A stretch of DNA of 64,000 nt from Paraphysomonas bandaiensis (GCA_965644295.1 CBFFRP010000380.1:62001-126000); one strand, 5' to 3'. Positions 13,990 through 27,169 are shown, numbered from the stretch's first letter. Numbers and translations: made by a program. Notes: generated from the sequence alone by a model not told the origin.

Positions 13990-14773
13990 ATGCACCGTCT
14001 CTTTGGTAAAAAGAAGGAAGTCCCACCAGCCCCATCAGTCTCTGATACAGTCGGTGGAATAAATAGTCGCGTTGCCGACTTAGATCAAAAAATAAAAGGT
14101 TTAGATAATGAGCTCCGTGTATATAAAGCCCAAATGGCTAAAGCTAAGGGCCCTGCTAAAGCTGGTATACAAAAGAGGGCAGTTGATGTCCTTAGGAGGA
14201 AAAAAATGTATGAGCAGCAGCGGGATCAACTAGCTGGACAGGCATTTAACCTGGACCAGGTGTGTAATGTATCTTTACCAGGAAAAAAATAACAATGTAT
14301 ATATACTAGGCTGCATTTGCGATGGAAACCGTTAAAGATACACATCAGACAATAGCTGCTATGCAAGATGCTGCAAAAGTATTGAAAACGGAACACAAGA
14401 AGATCGACATCGATAAAATTGAAGATATTAATGATGATCTCGCTGATATGTTTGAAGATATGAATGAAATCAACGAGGTCAGTACACTTTCAGTGTAAAG
14501 TGTGTTTAAATTTGTTAATTTTGATTTCTGCAGGCCCTGGGCCGATCATACGGTACACCAGACTACATTGACGAGGATGAACTGGAGGCAGAACTGGCAT
14601 GTCTGGGGGATGAGTTTGACGAAGAGTTAGGAGAAGAAGTGAGTATGGAGCAACCCTCCTATCTTACTCCTAGTGGGATGCCCCATGTGCCTGCCTCAGG
14701 AGTGCCCTCTAGACCTGAAAACAATAACGTCGAAGTGGACGAGCTTGGCCTCCCTGTAAGAAATTTAGTGTAG
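13990..14773 (+). CDS. CHMP5: ESCRT-III subunit CHMP5/Vps60 (Snf7 family)
   Basis: MHRLFGKKK, VLRRKKMYEQQRDQLAGQAFNLDQ, IDEDELEAELACL and C-terminal VDELGLP; two introns. Confidence 0.93.
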
Positions 14774-15299
14774 TATGTGTACTACATCTTTGTATGGAAT
14801 GGTAGTTCTGTTTATTTGATTTGGTCTATTCCAGAGTATCGTCATATCAACTATGAACCTTAACAATACATAACTCCAATAACTTTAAATTATTTTCAAA
14901 TTGTGATTCAATGTGTTGTCCTAAAAATTAAAGTTCACGAAATGAAATAAGAAGAAAGTGAATTTACACAACAACCGGTATGCGGGTAGTACTCTATCTG
15001 GCCCTAACTTGAATTTCAGACTTAAGAAAAGAAAAATGACAAACCCTTGCTCTTTTGAATGTATCATTTATTATTTCTTACTACAGCTGTATAAATTGGC
15101 AAAAAATATGAAGTATTCTTCACGTGTATAAACTATGCAATGATTCTGATTAGCATTTTAAATACAATGCTTGGTCATTCATGACTGTGAGGTAGTGACT
15201 ACTAGTATAGTCATGTTCGGGCTTGTGTAAAAATTAATTGGCAATTTTTCAATTGCTAGGTTTTAGAATAATAACTGAACTATAATCTCATCAGAGTGA

Positions 15300-15850
15300 A
15301 GCCGTATTTCACGCATAAACATCAACATTTCAAGGTGACTAGGTGTCATTCACTTGTGAAAATCAGTCGTAACAATCTTAGCTCTGCTAAACAACCTCTC
15401 ACAAACATTGGTGCTGCTATACAAATGTTTCATGTAACGATATTGTGTTGCAGTTTGATGCATGCTCTCTTATTGCGCTTTCGGTTGTCTCTAAGGAAAG
15501 GAATGGTCTCGTCTTCCTCCTCATCATCTTTCTCATCATCAATTTCATCATATGCAGGTTCGTTATATATCAAAACGCGTCGCACATGTGATTTTTCAGC
15601 GCGGAATTTGGACTACTGCTTTATCGAAACATGCATTTTCAACAATGTCCGCGTCTGCACCCAGGTGGAAATTCATCCCAGGGTATTGACGAATAATATC
15701 ATCCAATTGCACACGGACATCATCTAGACTAAGCTGTTCTTATCCATCTGGTTGTAAAAGTTTGCAAATGATGTTAAACCTTTCTATACACCCCATTTTC
15801 ACTACTATACTTGAATATTTCGAAGCAGTTGAATACCTGCAATCACCTTA
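15300..15850 (-). pseudogene. Decayed hAT transposase, C-terminal part
   Basis: Minus-strand translation gives LSLDDVRVQLDDIIRQYPGMNFHLGADADIVENACFDKAVVQI and STNVCERLFSRAKIVTTDFHK*MTPSHLEMLMFMR (hAT dimerisation-domain ERLFS motif), with stops and frameshifts. Confidence 0.8.
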
Positions 15851-16080
15851 TGCCATGTATCGCGACGACCGTTGTGGAGGCACTCAGTTTGTTCTTTGCC
15901 AACAATCGTTGACATGCTATACTACTCTTGCGTGCTGAGATTATATTATACTGTCACACATGGTTGTGATAAACAGAATAATAACGTGAATGTGCACTTA
16001 CATCCAAACTCCAAACTTCTATTTTAACAGACATTGGGTTAGTACCTATGATCAGAAGCTATGCATCTTAAGATACAATA

Positions 16081-16346
16081 TAATAAAGAATTGATCTTTA
16101 TAATAGTAAAACAATGTTGTGATTATTAGAGTGTAAGTAATGAACACGATAGAGTGAAAATTATGAATAACAATATAGAACGTACTATCATGCACAACGG
16201 AATAGTTAGAAGTGTAACTGATAATGACGACGTTATGATGACGATCACGTATCTTCGACAGATACTCTCTCTAATTCAGTTCATGGTATATTTCATTGAA
16301 CATTATAACTCACAGATGCAATCATGTGTTAAGCTGAATCCTAATA
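16081..16346 (-). repeat. Putative 3' LTR (~265 bp)
   Basis: Starts immediately after the PPT; its distal end AATAAAGAATTGAT (16082-16095) is identical to 21550-21563, which abuts the PBS. Confidence 0.65.
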
Positions 16347-16545
16347 CGCCCCCTCAATGAAATAATTAGTGAACCGTAGATAATAGAGAGAATATGAACT
16401 TATGCACACTGAGAGTAAAAACCAGAGTAGCAGTCACTAGTCAATAATAAGCGAACTGCAGAGATGCCATATTGTGAGACCATCCTTCTAGTCCAGCATC
16501 ATGTATTGAATAAAAGTAAAAAAAATGGTAAAAACTCCGTGTAAC

Positions 16546-19500
16546 TCAAACTAGCCACCTAGGTCGCTTGTGGCTTGTTAATTGTGATTTAGGTGTCTCT
16601 GAGGTTGTTGATCGCTTCCTGTTGTTGCTGGATGGGATGTCGAACCCAGCTCCCCCCATCAATGTAGTTCGCAATTGAAGAAAATTAGTTGCTCCTAGTG
16701 GTTTCGTGAGAAGATCGGCTAACATTGACGTGGTGGGAATATGGTCAACAGTCAATTGGTTTTCGGCAGTATTTTCTCGAATGAAATGATACCGTATCGC
16801 AATATGTTTCGTACGACGATGATGAGTAGGATTGTAACATAATTGGACTGCCCCTTTATTATCGCACCAAATAGTTGTTGAGAATGGAAGTTTGAAACCA
16901 ATTTCTGATAATAAAGAGCGTAGCCATAATGCTTCCTGAGCTGCTGACGATAGAGCCATATACTCAGCTTCAGTAGATGACAATGCCACAGTTGTCTGTA
17001 ATCGAGATTGCCATGATATAAGACAATTACCTATGAAGAATGTAAAGCTGTAGTGGACCGTCGAGTGAGGTGACACCGTGCCCAATCGCTATCGCAGTAT
17101 CCTGACAATGTTATGTGGGATCCAGAATATATCAATCCTTGCTTAGCAGTGCCTTTGAGATACCTAAGAACATGTAGCGCAGCATTACAGGTAGTTAGAT
17201 TAGGCATATCAGAAAATCTGGCAAGAGTATTGACTGCATAGGCGATATCCGGTCGAGTGCATACAGCTAGATACATTAGTGAACCTATGAGTTCCTTGTA
17301 GGGGAAATTCTGAACATAACTTTGATTTGACTCTGAAAGATGATTGTATTCATGTAAATCATAGTTGAAAGACAGTAACATAGGTGTTGACATGGGTTTA
17401 CTGTTAGACATGTTGAATTTGTCCAGTAACTTTCTGACGTACTGCTCCTGACTGAGAGTCGTGATATTTTTGTCAAAATCTTGATGAATGGAGATGCCCA
17501 AGTAATAGTCTAGGAGTCCGAGATCCGTAATTTCGAACTTTTTGGATAAATGGTCTTTGAATTGTTGGATATCAGTGTCGGATGTAGATGCTATAATAAT
17601 ATCATCCACATACATGGCTATTAGCATAATCCTGCCATTAATCTGCTTTTTGAATATACACGGGTCAGATATTAGTCTGGTGAAACCCATATCTAGCATA
17701 AAATTTGTACAGCACTTATACCAGTTAAGACCTGCTTGCTTTAGACCGTAGATGCTTTTCATCAGTTTGAGGACTTTTCCGTCAGGGACGTCCATGCCAG
17801 GAGGGGGATACATGTATATGTCCTCTTCGAGGTCAGCATTGATGTACGCAGTTGTGAAATCGATTTGGTGCAATTTGAGTTTCATAATAGTCGAAAGGGC
17901 AATAATTGTACGTAGTGATGTAGCCTTTGCGACGGGGCTGTATGTATCATTGTAATCGATGCCTTGGATTTGAGTAAAACCCTGTGCGACTAGTCGAGCC
18001 TTGAATTTGATATCATTCTGTTTTCTTTTTATTTTGAATATGAGTTTCCCCTTTATGGCTCTTGCTCCAGGTGGTAACGCAGTGTATCTCCAGCACCCTT
18101 TCCTCTGAAGAGTGGATATTTCTCTATTGATAGCATCGATCCACTGCTGTTTATATTTACCTGAAATAGCATCTTGAACACTCTTTGGTGTATCGGTTAG
18201 CTCGTCAATGTCATCGCAATTACTGATAGCATGCATAACAATATCAATATTGTTTGTATGTAATTTTGATATACATTGTGTGTCATGTGCCATATGATTT
18301 ACTACATGTTTAGCATTTACATCACATGTATATACACCATCACCTAGTTTGTGTATATTTACAATTACCCGTTTCCTGGCCATTCTCCTGCTTCGGAGAA
18401 CACTCTTTCTACCAGCTAAAAATTGTTGTTTTGCTGTAGCACGGACCTTACTTGGCCCTTCAGGTGTACCCTGATTTTTCCAATCTCCCGATGAATCAGC
18501 AGACTTGTTACCGCGTTTGGCCATACGCTGGTGCACACGATCCACTTGACCGTGTGGTGCCGGATTCGGCACTAGATTCCCATTGAATTGTTTCGGAGGG
18601 CGAGTCTTCGCTATCTTTGCATCGGAGTGGGTAGGTTCACACCGATGGCTGCTGATTCTCTCCTGCGCGGCATCATGATGTCTGAGATTCTCGCCACTCC
18701 CCCTGGAAGTAGCGGCTGGCGCTGGAGATCCAATAACTGTATCGGGGTCTTGATCTGATTTGCTGGATTTATGTATTGGGGTTTTCGATCGAGACGTAAT
18801 ACATTTGAGACCAACTGCTTTGAGTTCTATGTATTCTTCAGTGTACTTTTCGACGTCTGCAGCATGAATAGGGTCGTCGAGCTGGATGAGTCGTGTCTTG
18901 TCACCACTGTCGTCGACTAGACCACGATACGCTGCGATTAATCCTTTTCTGAGCTTTATTTGAGTCGTTACATATGTTAATCCATCGTCTGGATCTACAT
19001 GAGCTAGACCTATGAGATATTTGAAACTTTCTACTGTCCTGGAGGTCTCATTCTCTCTGAAGATCTCATTTATCTCTTTAAAATATCTCTTATCCGCTGG
19101 TGGGACACATTCGTTGAAAAATACATGTCCTGATATAACAAAATCTCTTAATGCGGGAACAAAGACTATATATCCAGGACCATCCTCTCGATAGCCCATA
19201 AAATACCCAGGCCAGCTATGTCTGTCCCAATTGTTCTTTCGGAGACTGGAATCGATATTCACAAAGCATTTACATCCCCATATTCTGGCATAACTCAAGT
19301 CTGGTATTTCGTTTTCGATAAACTGAAGTGGAGACATAAATCCTTTAGCTGTTTGACACGGTAACCTGTTCTTGATGTGTATTGTCGCCCTTGAGGCTTG
19401 TTCCCAGAAATTCGGTGGGAGTCCAGAGTCGATAAGGCTGCTGAGTGCTCGTTCTTTTGTTGTCCGCCATGATCGCTCTTGGAATGGGTTATCCTCGGGG

Positions 19501-21539
19501 GTATACGGAGAGTTGAAAGTCCATGTAGCCCCTATTGATTGAAGATACTCTAGAACTTTTCTTGATACCAGTTCCTTCCCGCCATCCGCATGATAATGTT
19601 GTAGGCGTTTGCCTTTACTATGTAGATACATGACAACTTTCTGGATGGATTGGATGACGAAATCTTCATCTCTCGTTGGTCCGTAGGAGTCCCATTGGTG
19701 TCTGGAAGCTACATCTGTCATCCCGAGTATGTAACGGTTGCCAGTAATGATTGCCTCCGGTGCATGGGGTCCAGAAAAATCGGCTACTACTAGCTCCCCC
19801 AGCTCATTCGCTCTTCTTACACGCTTGAGCAGCATTTGTCTGATAGCGTGTCTATGTTTTCGGCGATGAGATTTACCACTAGCACAACCATCACATAGGC
19901 CACCCGGTAAAGAAGTAGCATTCATCTCCGACTTCGTTAACTTAATACCCGTTACTAATTTTGACTGTACAGCTTTCTGTATGAGTCCAATTGAAGAATG
20001 TGCCAATCTCTTATGTGCTAGGGTTGCGAGTGGGCCTGAAGCAGTTGAAGCAAGGTGGGATTCGTCAATAGGAGTACCGAGGTCTGTTAACGGAATTTCA
20101 TATAGGCCTCCAACTCTCTTACCCTTTGATAGCAGTATTTCATCTTTATATATCTCAACTGATTGGTTTCCGAACAAGATTTTATACCCTAGGTCATCTA
20201 ATTGGCTGATGGACACGAGTGTTCTTGAAGCATGGTCCACGTGCTTGCACTTGGGGATAATACCAAGTCTTCCATGTCCTGAAGAGGTCATAGTTGATCC
20301 TGACTTAGCTGTTTGAATGTCGGTGAGGCATTCCTCATAATTGGTGATGTATCCGGCTTCAGGTGTGATGGAGACTGTGCAGCCAGAATCAAGGGTCCCC
20401 ATTCCGGCTTCTTGATCAAAAACGAAGTTCGTTTCGTCGTTTGTTGGATATCCGACTCCTCCGAAGTCTCGTCCTTTCTGTTGTAATGGACCACTGTCTT
20501 CATAATCTGCAAACTGGTCGGAGTCGTCGTTTTCAGTGCTCTGATGGGTCTGGAATCTAACTTTTTTGAATTTCCTACTGGTTGATTTGTTTCCAGAGGA
20601 ATTCTTCATCTGTTGGATTCTTTCCCATGAGTGTTTGCATTCTGAAGCGATGTGTCCTTTTCCATCGCATCGGAAACACTTAATGTCCTTGTCAGCTCTC
20701 TTGTCATGTTTCGGTTTATTGGAACGGTTTCTGAAAGATGTCCCCTTTTTGCGCTTGGAATTCACTTTATTTCGGGAAAATGGGGGTTTTGAGGCTGCAA
20801 GCTGAATACTGTCGGTTTTTGTTTCTTCGTTGCTTGACAAGAGCATTCCGACAGACGAGCTTCCTAATCCGCGTAGTCTGCGTATGAGTGTTTTGTAGTC
20901 ATCGATAGGGTGCATCTGCAGGTTGATCGCCAGTTCACGATACGTCATATTTTCTTTGGATACCAGGCCTTGTCGAATGCGTGATATGAGATCTTGGTCA
21001 CTTATCCGATGACCATAATTAATCAGCTTGTTTCGGAGCTTTTCGACAGCGTCAAGAAAGTTGATTATCGACTGACCTTTTTTGATTTTTATGCTCTGAA
21101 ACTGGCCAATCAGATCAGTGATGACGTCGTTAGTCGTTTTTTCTTTGAAGTGGTTGAGCAAGTCCGTCCAGGCGGTTTTACCGTCTCCATCGGGGACGTT
21201 CTCCAAAATCCCTTCAGCCTCTTCATTCTGACCAATGATAGAGCTTGCAATGACTGACCATAGGTAGTTATTACCTTCATCATAATATCGTTTCGCATCC
21301 TGATACTGTTCGAGTCGATACTGGTAGTCCTCGTCATCTGAGTTTTCTCCTGCTTCAGGCTCAATTGGGTGATCGTTCTGTAGAGTATAAACGATCTTAG
21401 GCTTGCGATAGAACCATGCACGGCACTTCTTCTGCCACCTGGAGAAGTTCTTCGCATCGAATTTTGGCATTGAGTCCTTTCGCTTGTCGGTTGTCGAATC
21501 CGAGTCGGTTGAGTCGTAACTTGTAACTTTAACTGACAT
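16546..21539 (-). CDS. Copia gag-pol polyprotein with one frameshift in RNase H (~17047)
   Basis: Zn knuckle CFRCDGKGHIASEC; protease LDSGC; AHKRLAH...CDGC; integrase VADFSGP, HADGGKE, QERSWR; RT KARLVAQGF and MYVDDII; RNase H YCDSDWA, continuing in another frame as ISWQSRLQTTVALSSTEAEY...ADLLTKPL. Likely ATG at 21539 right after the PBS. Confidence 0.93.
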
Positions 21540-22263
21540 CTCGCTACCAAATAAAGAATTGATATATATAATGAAGCCAGCCAATTAATTGGCAACATTA
21601 ACCAATAATAATAATTGAAACTATTATTTTTTTAAACCCATTAACTGTTACGCAAGCCTGGTCATGTTGTAGTTTCGTAGTTTTCACCACGCTTTGGCTC
21701 ACTTGCAAAATTCTTCCGCTTACTGAAATCATAGAATGTGTGCAGTGGTGCAGTGTACAGTCTACATGTTTATTCTAAACATAATATACTTCAAAAGCAG
21801 AGCAGCGTGGTTAATATCAATGGGCAATGTAGCAGTCTTGCTGTACTCCACTGAAAACTGACAATAGCAGCATGCTATAATATATTATATATAATAATAA
21901 GATATTCACCAGCACCGTGTATGTTCATACTTCAGAGAAGAAAAGAAATGACACTGCTAGATAATAAGTCATGTTTTATTGATGACTTCTAACTTGATAG
22001 AATAGGGCCTAATGCATTATAGGTGAAACCTCAGGAGTATGTCTGAAAAATTACAAATTTCGGAAGCGTTATAATATTTGGAAAAGGAAAAATACACAAC
22101 AATGATTATATTCGTTATAATATCTCGCTAATCATGCAGTATCGCATGAAAGGCAATATATATATTGACGTACTACTATCTGGACACATGATGAACTTGC
22201 ATTGATACGTGGCTCATAACTAATTTGCAGATCACAGGATCATACAGGGTAATATACAGACAC

Positions 22264-22818
22264 TTAGAAGTCGTCATCGGAATCAATCTCATCAAGAGGA
22301 TTCTCTCTCTTTCTCATGACACGATAGAACTCCTCCTCGTTGATGACGCCATCACCATCTCTGTCGGCTTCATCTATCATTTCTTGCAGTTCTTCGTCCG
22401 TCAAGTTCTCCCCAAGCTCATTTGCCACCCTTTTTAAATTCTTGAATGATATAGCACCCGTATTGTCATCATCAAAGAGAGCAAAGACTTTTAATATTTC
22501 TTCTCTTGAGTCGCGGCTTAGCATACGAGGGGTCACCATTTCTACAAACTCATCGAACGTAATACTCGCAGATGCCAAATCCTTGTCCATGTCGACAAAC
22601 ATTTGACGAATCTCCGCCTTTTTTACTTGAAATCCAAGAGCTCTAAAAGCAGCCTTGAGTTCACGGACATCAATTATGGACTTGCCCTCAGTGTCGAACA
22701 AGTTGAAAGCTTCTTTAATTTCTTCCATAGACTCATCATCAAGCCCCTGCTTAGTTTTAGCAGCTCTTCCTCGCTTGGGTGGTGAGAGTGCACTAGAACC
22801 TGCAAACTTTTTCGACAT
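22264..22818 (-). CDS. Centrin (caltractin), EF-hand protein
   Basis: [59 protein letters not shown]; intronless; start taken at MSKKFAG. Confidence 0.93.
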   Translation of the reverse strand: MSKKFAGSSALSPPKRGRAAKTKQGLDDESMEEIKEAFNLFDTEGKSIIDVRELKAAFRALGFQVKKAEIRQMFVDMDKDLASASITFDEFVEMVTPRMLSRDSREEILKVFALFDDDNTGAISFKNLKRVANELGENLTDEELQEMIDEADRDGDGVINEEEFYRVMRKRENPLDEIDSDDDF

Positions 22819-24390
22819 TGTATAAGTAACTGTTATATTGATATTTCTTTGCAAACAGTTCAAATATAGCCGTATGCACAATGGAGTTTGTTGAGATTGC
22901 TCATCACACTGTTTTCTAGTAGTTTGAGATCATATTGTTATGGGGGTTTTTTGCAACGACGTTTTTAAAATAAACTGTCATCGTATCTTGAAAGGACAAA
23001 ACTGAAGTTCTAGAGCTTATAGAGACAAGTTTTTGATCCGCCATAATCTTTGGATCTTCAACTTGGCTTGGTTTCACCATATGCATGATTGCTATTGCTA
23101 TATACGTACATATCTGTAGCCAATGTCTGTTAAACAGGCAAGGTCAAATACACTGGCCAATGTACTCATCTTGAAAATAATGCAACATCATTCAGGTGTA
23201 TGTCGAGGAGAGTGAATTCCGTCATGTCGCGTTAAACATCAGTTGAGATATTCCGATGAGTCCAGGAGTGCTTGTACAATGATTTGTCTGAGGATATCTT
23301 AGTCAGTGACAACTAAAGATTCTGAATCCACGTACATTATTTGTGAATAGGATTCGAATCAATTACTTACACATACTCGATTCAATAATCTTTATGGGTA
23401 GTGCTTGTGAGGTACACTTGTAGTGATGTCAGACAATACGAGTACTCGTCTAAAACTCTCATCAACATCCTCAATCTGGATGTATGGCATAACTTAATCG
23501 CATAATTGAAATATTATCGACTTAATGCCGAACACACAGAATATTGCCTATGTTATGTATAACCCATTGAAATATGATTATTGCAATGTAATATAGGAAA
23601 CCGTATATAAAGTGTTAGCCTTTCACACTAAAAATATTTCATATCTACCATTGAAAAGTTGTGTCATAAGGTAACAACACCACGATTAAAATGTGAATAG
23701 TTTGCTGAAACTAACCTTCTATTATTTAACATTCACCAATATCTCTTTAGAACTGAAATGGCAACTGTAAAGCTGTAAAGCTGTAAAGTAGTCTCAAGAT
23801 GATGTACAATAAGTACAATAAAGTGGTATTTAATGACTTATATCGGATCATTGAAAACCACATGGCATACGTTACTAATGTCCCGTCCAATAGAATACTA
23901 CACTACAATACGTATACTATAGCTAGCATGCATGCAAGCATTCTGTCGTCGACAATAACGTCTTTCAGAACCTAAAACTCTATGCTCTAAACGAATGAAA
24001 TTTTTTAATTCAGTTTTTTTAGGTCAACTGAGATATATGATCAGCTACATAGGAATTTGAGTTATCAACCTGCTACATCCATTTTGTTAGACACTGGATT
24101 CAGCTCAGAGCGTGATCGTCTTACAGATCATTTATATCAAACATTCACTGCATTGTACCCCATTAAAATTCGTATTCTACATCAGCAAGTGAAAGAGAAA
24201 CAAATATGCAATACATATTACGAAATCGGCTTATTACACACTGTTAGGTTTTCGCGCACGAACGCAACAAGCTAATTACTGTGAACAAACACTATGCGGT
24301 AACTATGTTGAGCATTCAATAGCAACCCAATTCAAAATCATTTCATACTGAAAAATGTCATTAACACTCAGTCGCACTGGAGTACACTCG

Positions 24391-25150
24391 TTACTTGTCA
24401 TTACCGCACTTAGAGTAGTCGATATCACAAGCCACTGCAGTAATGACCCATATGATCAGCAGTACTATAAAAGTGAAAAGGGCATATAGCTTCACTCTTT
24501 TCCAAAACATAGCATTCTTGAGCTTCTTGGATGATTTTTCAAATTTAAAGGCTTGGTTTTGCAGTTTATCTGTTTTATCGACCAGAAGTTCCAGCTTCTC
24601 TCCCCTCTCTAGAACCATCTCGATATTCTGCACCATAACATTCTTCACGTCATCCAATTTGTTATTCACTTGAGCAAAGGTATCTGCAGAAGGTCCATTG
24701 TAAAAGTCAATCTGTTTTTGAAGCGTTCTGCCAAAATCCTCGTTCATGGCGAAGGCAATGGCTGTGTGTACTCTCTCGCCGTAAGTCGCGCGAAACCGTT
24801 GCTTGATATCATCCAGAAAACCGAAAGGTATTCTACGCTTCGACATGTCATCACACATACATAAATATATAATTTTGTCCTCGACGATGTAGTGGAATAC
24901 ATGCTGGTCATAAACGTAAGACATTTTCCCATCTTGTTCAGGTATTTTCGCAAGGAGGACTCGAGTGATCGTCGGGAAATTACCACTGGTAAATGTATCT
25001 GTTTAATTAATTAGCTAAATACAATAATCCAAATATATACATACACTCAGCTAACACTGTTTTCCCGCGGGCCACTAAAGCGTAGAGCTACAGTATATGA
25101 TATATCGTTAGTTCACATCATAGGACACATCATATACTCACGATTGTCAT
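24391..25150 (-). CDS. VAMP7: Longin R-SNARE VAMP7/VAMP71
   Basis: Spliced MTILYALVARGKTVLAEYTFTSGNF longin start, RRIPFGFLDDIK, SNARE motif VKNVMVQNIEMVLERGEKLELLVDKT and a C-terminal TM helix; two introns. Confidence 0.93.
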
Positions 25151-25662
25151 CGTCAATGTAAGATATTAATCAAATAAATGGCGAAGAGGAACTCTAGCTT
25201 TATAAAGCACTAATAAGTTCTCAATGTATTGATGTCGACTGTCGACACTCAGATTTATATGGAGTCATATATATGCATATATAAAATACATTCTGTAGCA
25301 TAAAAGATCATCGATATCCCCAATATGGGATATGTCTTATCAGATAATAGTACAACAAAAAATCACTGGTTCAAAGGAACCTCAGTTTTTATGGTAGTGG
25401 ACACACTTATCAGGATTTTGCTACAAAAGATATATGGTATTTCTATTCTAAAACATAGAAAACCTTCAATATTTCTTTTCTATAAATCAAAAAACAGTAA
25501 TTTTCTCAATGAATTGACAATTTTTGGTCAAGTAATATTGAGAGGAAGCCAGAACCACCAGAGTTATCAGTGGAGGACACACACACCTTTCTTGAGATTC
25601 AGTGAAGCGTACCTTTCATATCTCCTTAAAGAATCTATTCACATAGAGATAACATATAAGAG

Positions 25663-27169
25663 ATGTCCCATCCACAAGATGTTCCGTTAACTGGTCATAA
25701 TACTGCTTATGCTATTTGTTTTTGGCAAGGTTTGGGGAATCTTTTTCCTTGGAATGCATTCATTACAGCTGCACATTATTTTGCTATGCGTTTCTGTGGT
25801 ACAGCATTTGAAAGTAATTTTGAGAATTATTTTTCTGTTGCATTTATGTTGTCGCAAACAACTGGATTGGCTCTCGCAATTAGGTATCAAGACCATATGC
25901 CTTTAACTCAGAGGGTTCTTGGTCCACTTCTCATAACTGCGGCTGTCTTTGTGATGACAACTATTCTAGTTACGATTGATGTTAACAAAAATCTTTTGTT
26001 TATTATTACTCTTTTGTCGTGTATGGTTGTTGGTTTGTCGAATGCTTTGCTTAGTGGTGGATTGTTCGGTCTATGTGGTAGTTTTCCCCCTCAATACACT
26101 GGAGCTCTTATGGGTGGCCAAGGATTGGCTGGTCTTGCGGTTTCTGTGGCAAGTATCGTTACAACATGGGCAGGAAATCCCGTAGATATATGTACCGATG
26201 ATGATGTGGACGATGATGATGGCAGCTGTGAAGAAGGGACGGATTACAGTGCACTGGCGTACTTTTGTGTAACATGCGTTGTGATGGGCACTTGCGTCTT
26301 TTCATTCCTCGCGCTGATGTCTCTTCCATTCACAAAGTAAGTAATTCTTGAAATTGAACATATATATTGTGGAATATATATAGTGGCCTATATTTATACC
26401 AGATTTGCAGTCGAAGCGAAAAACTGAACCTATATATTTTAGGTATTTCCAGGAAAAGTCTCTCGCAGACCACGCTCGAGGCCCTTCAGTCGATGATGAT
26501 GTAACGAAGGCTCTCATTCAGCGCTTGACAAATAACTCTATGGACGAAGAGACAGAAAACCTGGTTGACACTAAGGGCACAGCTCCTCCGGTAGATGTAC
26601 AGCCAGCCGCCATATCTCCCGCCAAAGTAATGAAAGTTTTCAAGCAAGTTAAGCCTGCTGCTCTTGGAGCTTATATGTCCTATCTCGTCACCCTCTCTCT
26701 GTTCCCGTCTATTACTGTGCTCATTGAATCTCAAAAGCAATGTGACAGCAATGCCTCTAGGTTTAACAACGATCTTTTTATTCCCTTCTTCTTCTTGATG
26801 TTTAACTTATTTGACTTCTTCGGGAGGGTGTTTGCCGGGATACATCACCTAGGAATTACCAAAGAGAATGTTCTTTTGCCAATCTGCCTTAGGGTCGTTT
26901 TTGTGCCCCTCTTTCTCCTATGTAATGTATCTGGCAGTCAGTTGCCTGTGGTGTTTAAGTCAGATGCTTGGCCTATTCTCTTTATGATTGTATTTGCTTT
27001 TACCAATGGACACTTTTCAACGATGGCAATGATGTTTGGACCGTCTATGGTATCTGCAAGAAATTCTGGATTGGCGGGAACGATCATGATATTCTTTTTG
27101 ACATTTGGCCTTCTATCGGGCGCGGCTATGTCTTTCGTTCTATTATATATTAGCCAAGGAAGTATTTAA
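25663..27169 (+). CDS. Equilibrative nucleoside transporter (SLC29 family)
   Basis: GLGNLFPWNAFITA, GQGLAG, FNLFDFFGR, FTNGH; many TM segments; intron ~26337-26442. Confidence 0.93.

Larger units (their letters stand above)
16081..21572 (-). mobile_element. Ty1/copia LTR retrotransposon with truncated 5' LTR
   Basis: Domain order gag-PR-INT-RT-RH; PPT TGAGGGGGCG (16347-16356); PBS-like TGGTAGCGAG (21540-21549); only ~23 nt of LTR homology remains next to the PBS. Confidence 0.92.
15218..21660 (-). mobile_element. hAT-superfamily DNA transposon relic carrying a nested copia element
   Basis: Imperfect TIRs at 15218-15241 and 21637-21660 (19/24 identical), flanked by a perfect 8-bp direct repeat GTCATGTT (15210-15217 and 21661-21668); shared subterminal AATTAATTGGCAA at both ends. 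Confidence 0.85.

Noticed and set aside
21540-21584. N-terminal extension of gag-pol in the ORF track
   Set aside because: Non-ATG start running through the LTR remnant and PBS; the real start is probably ATG 21539.
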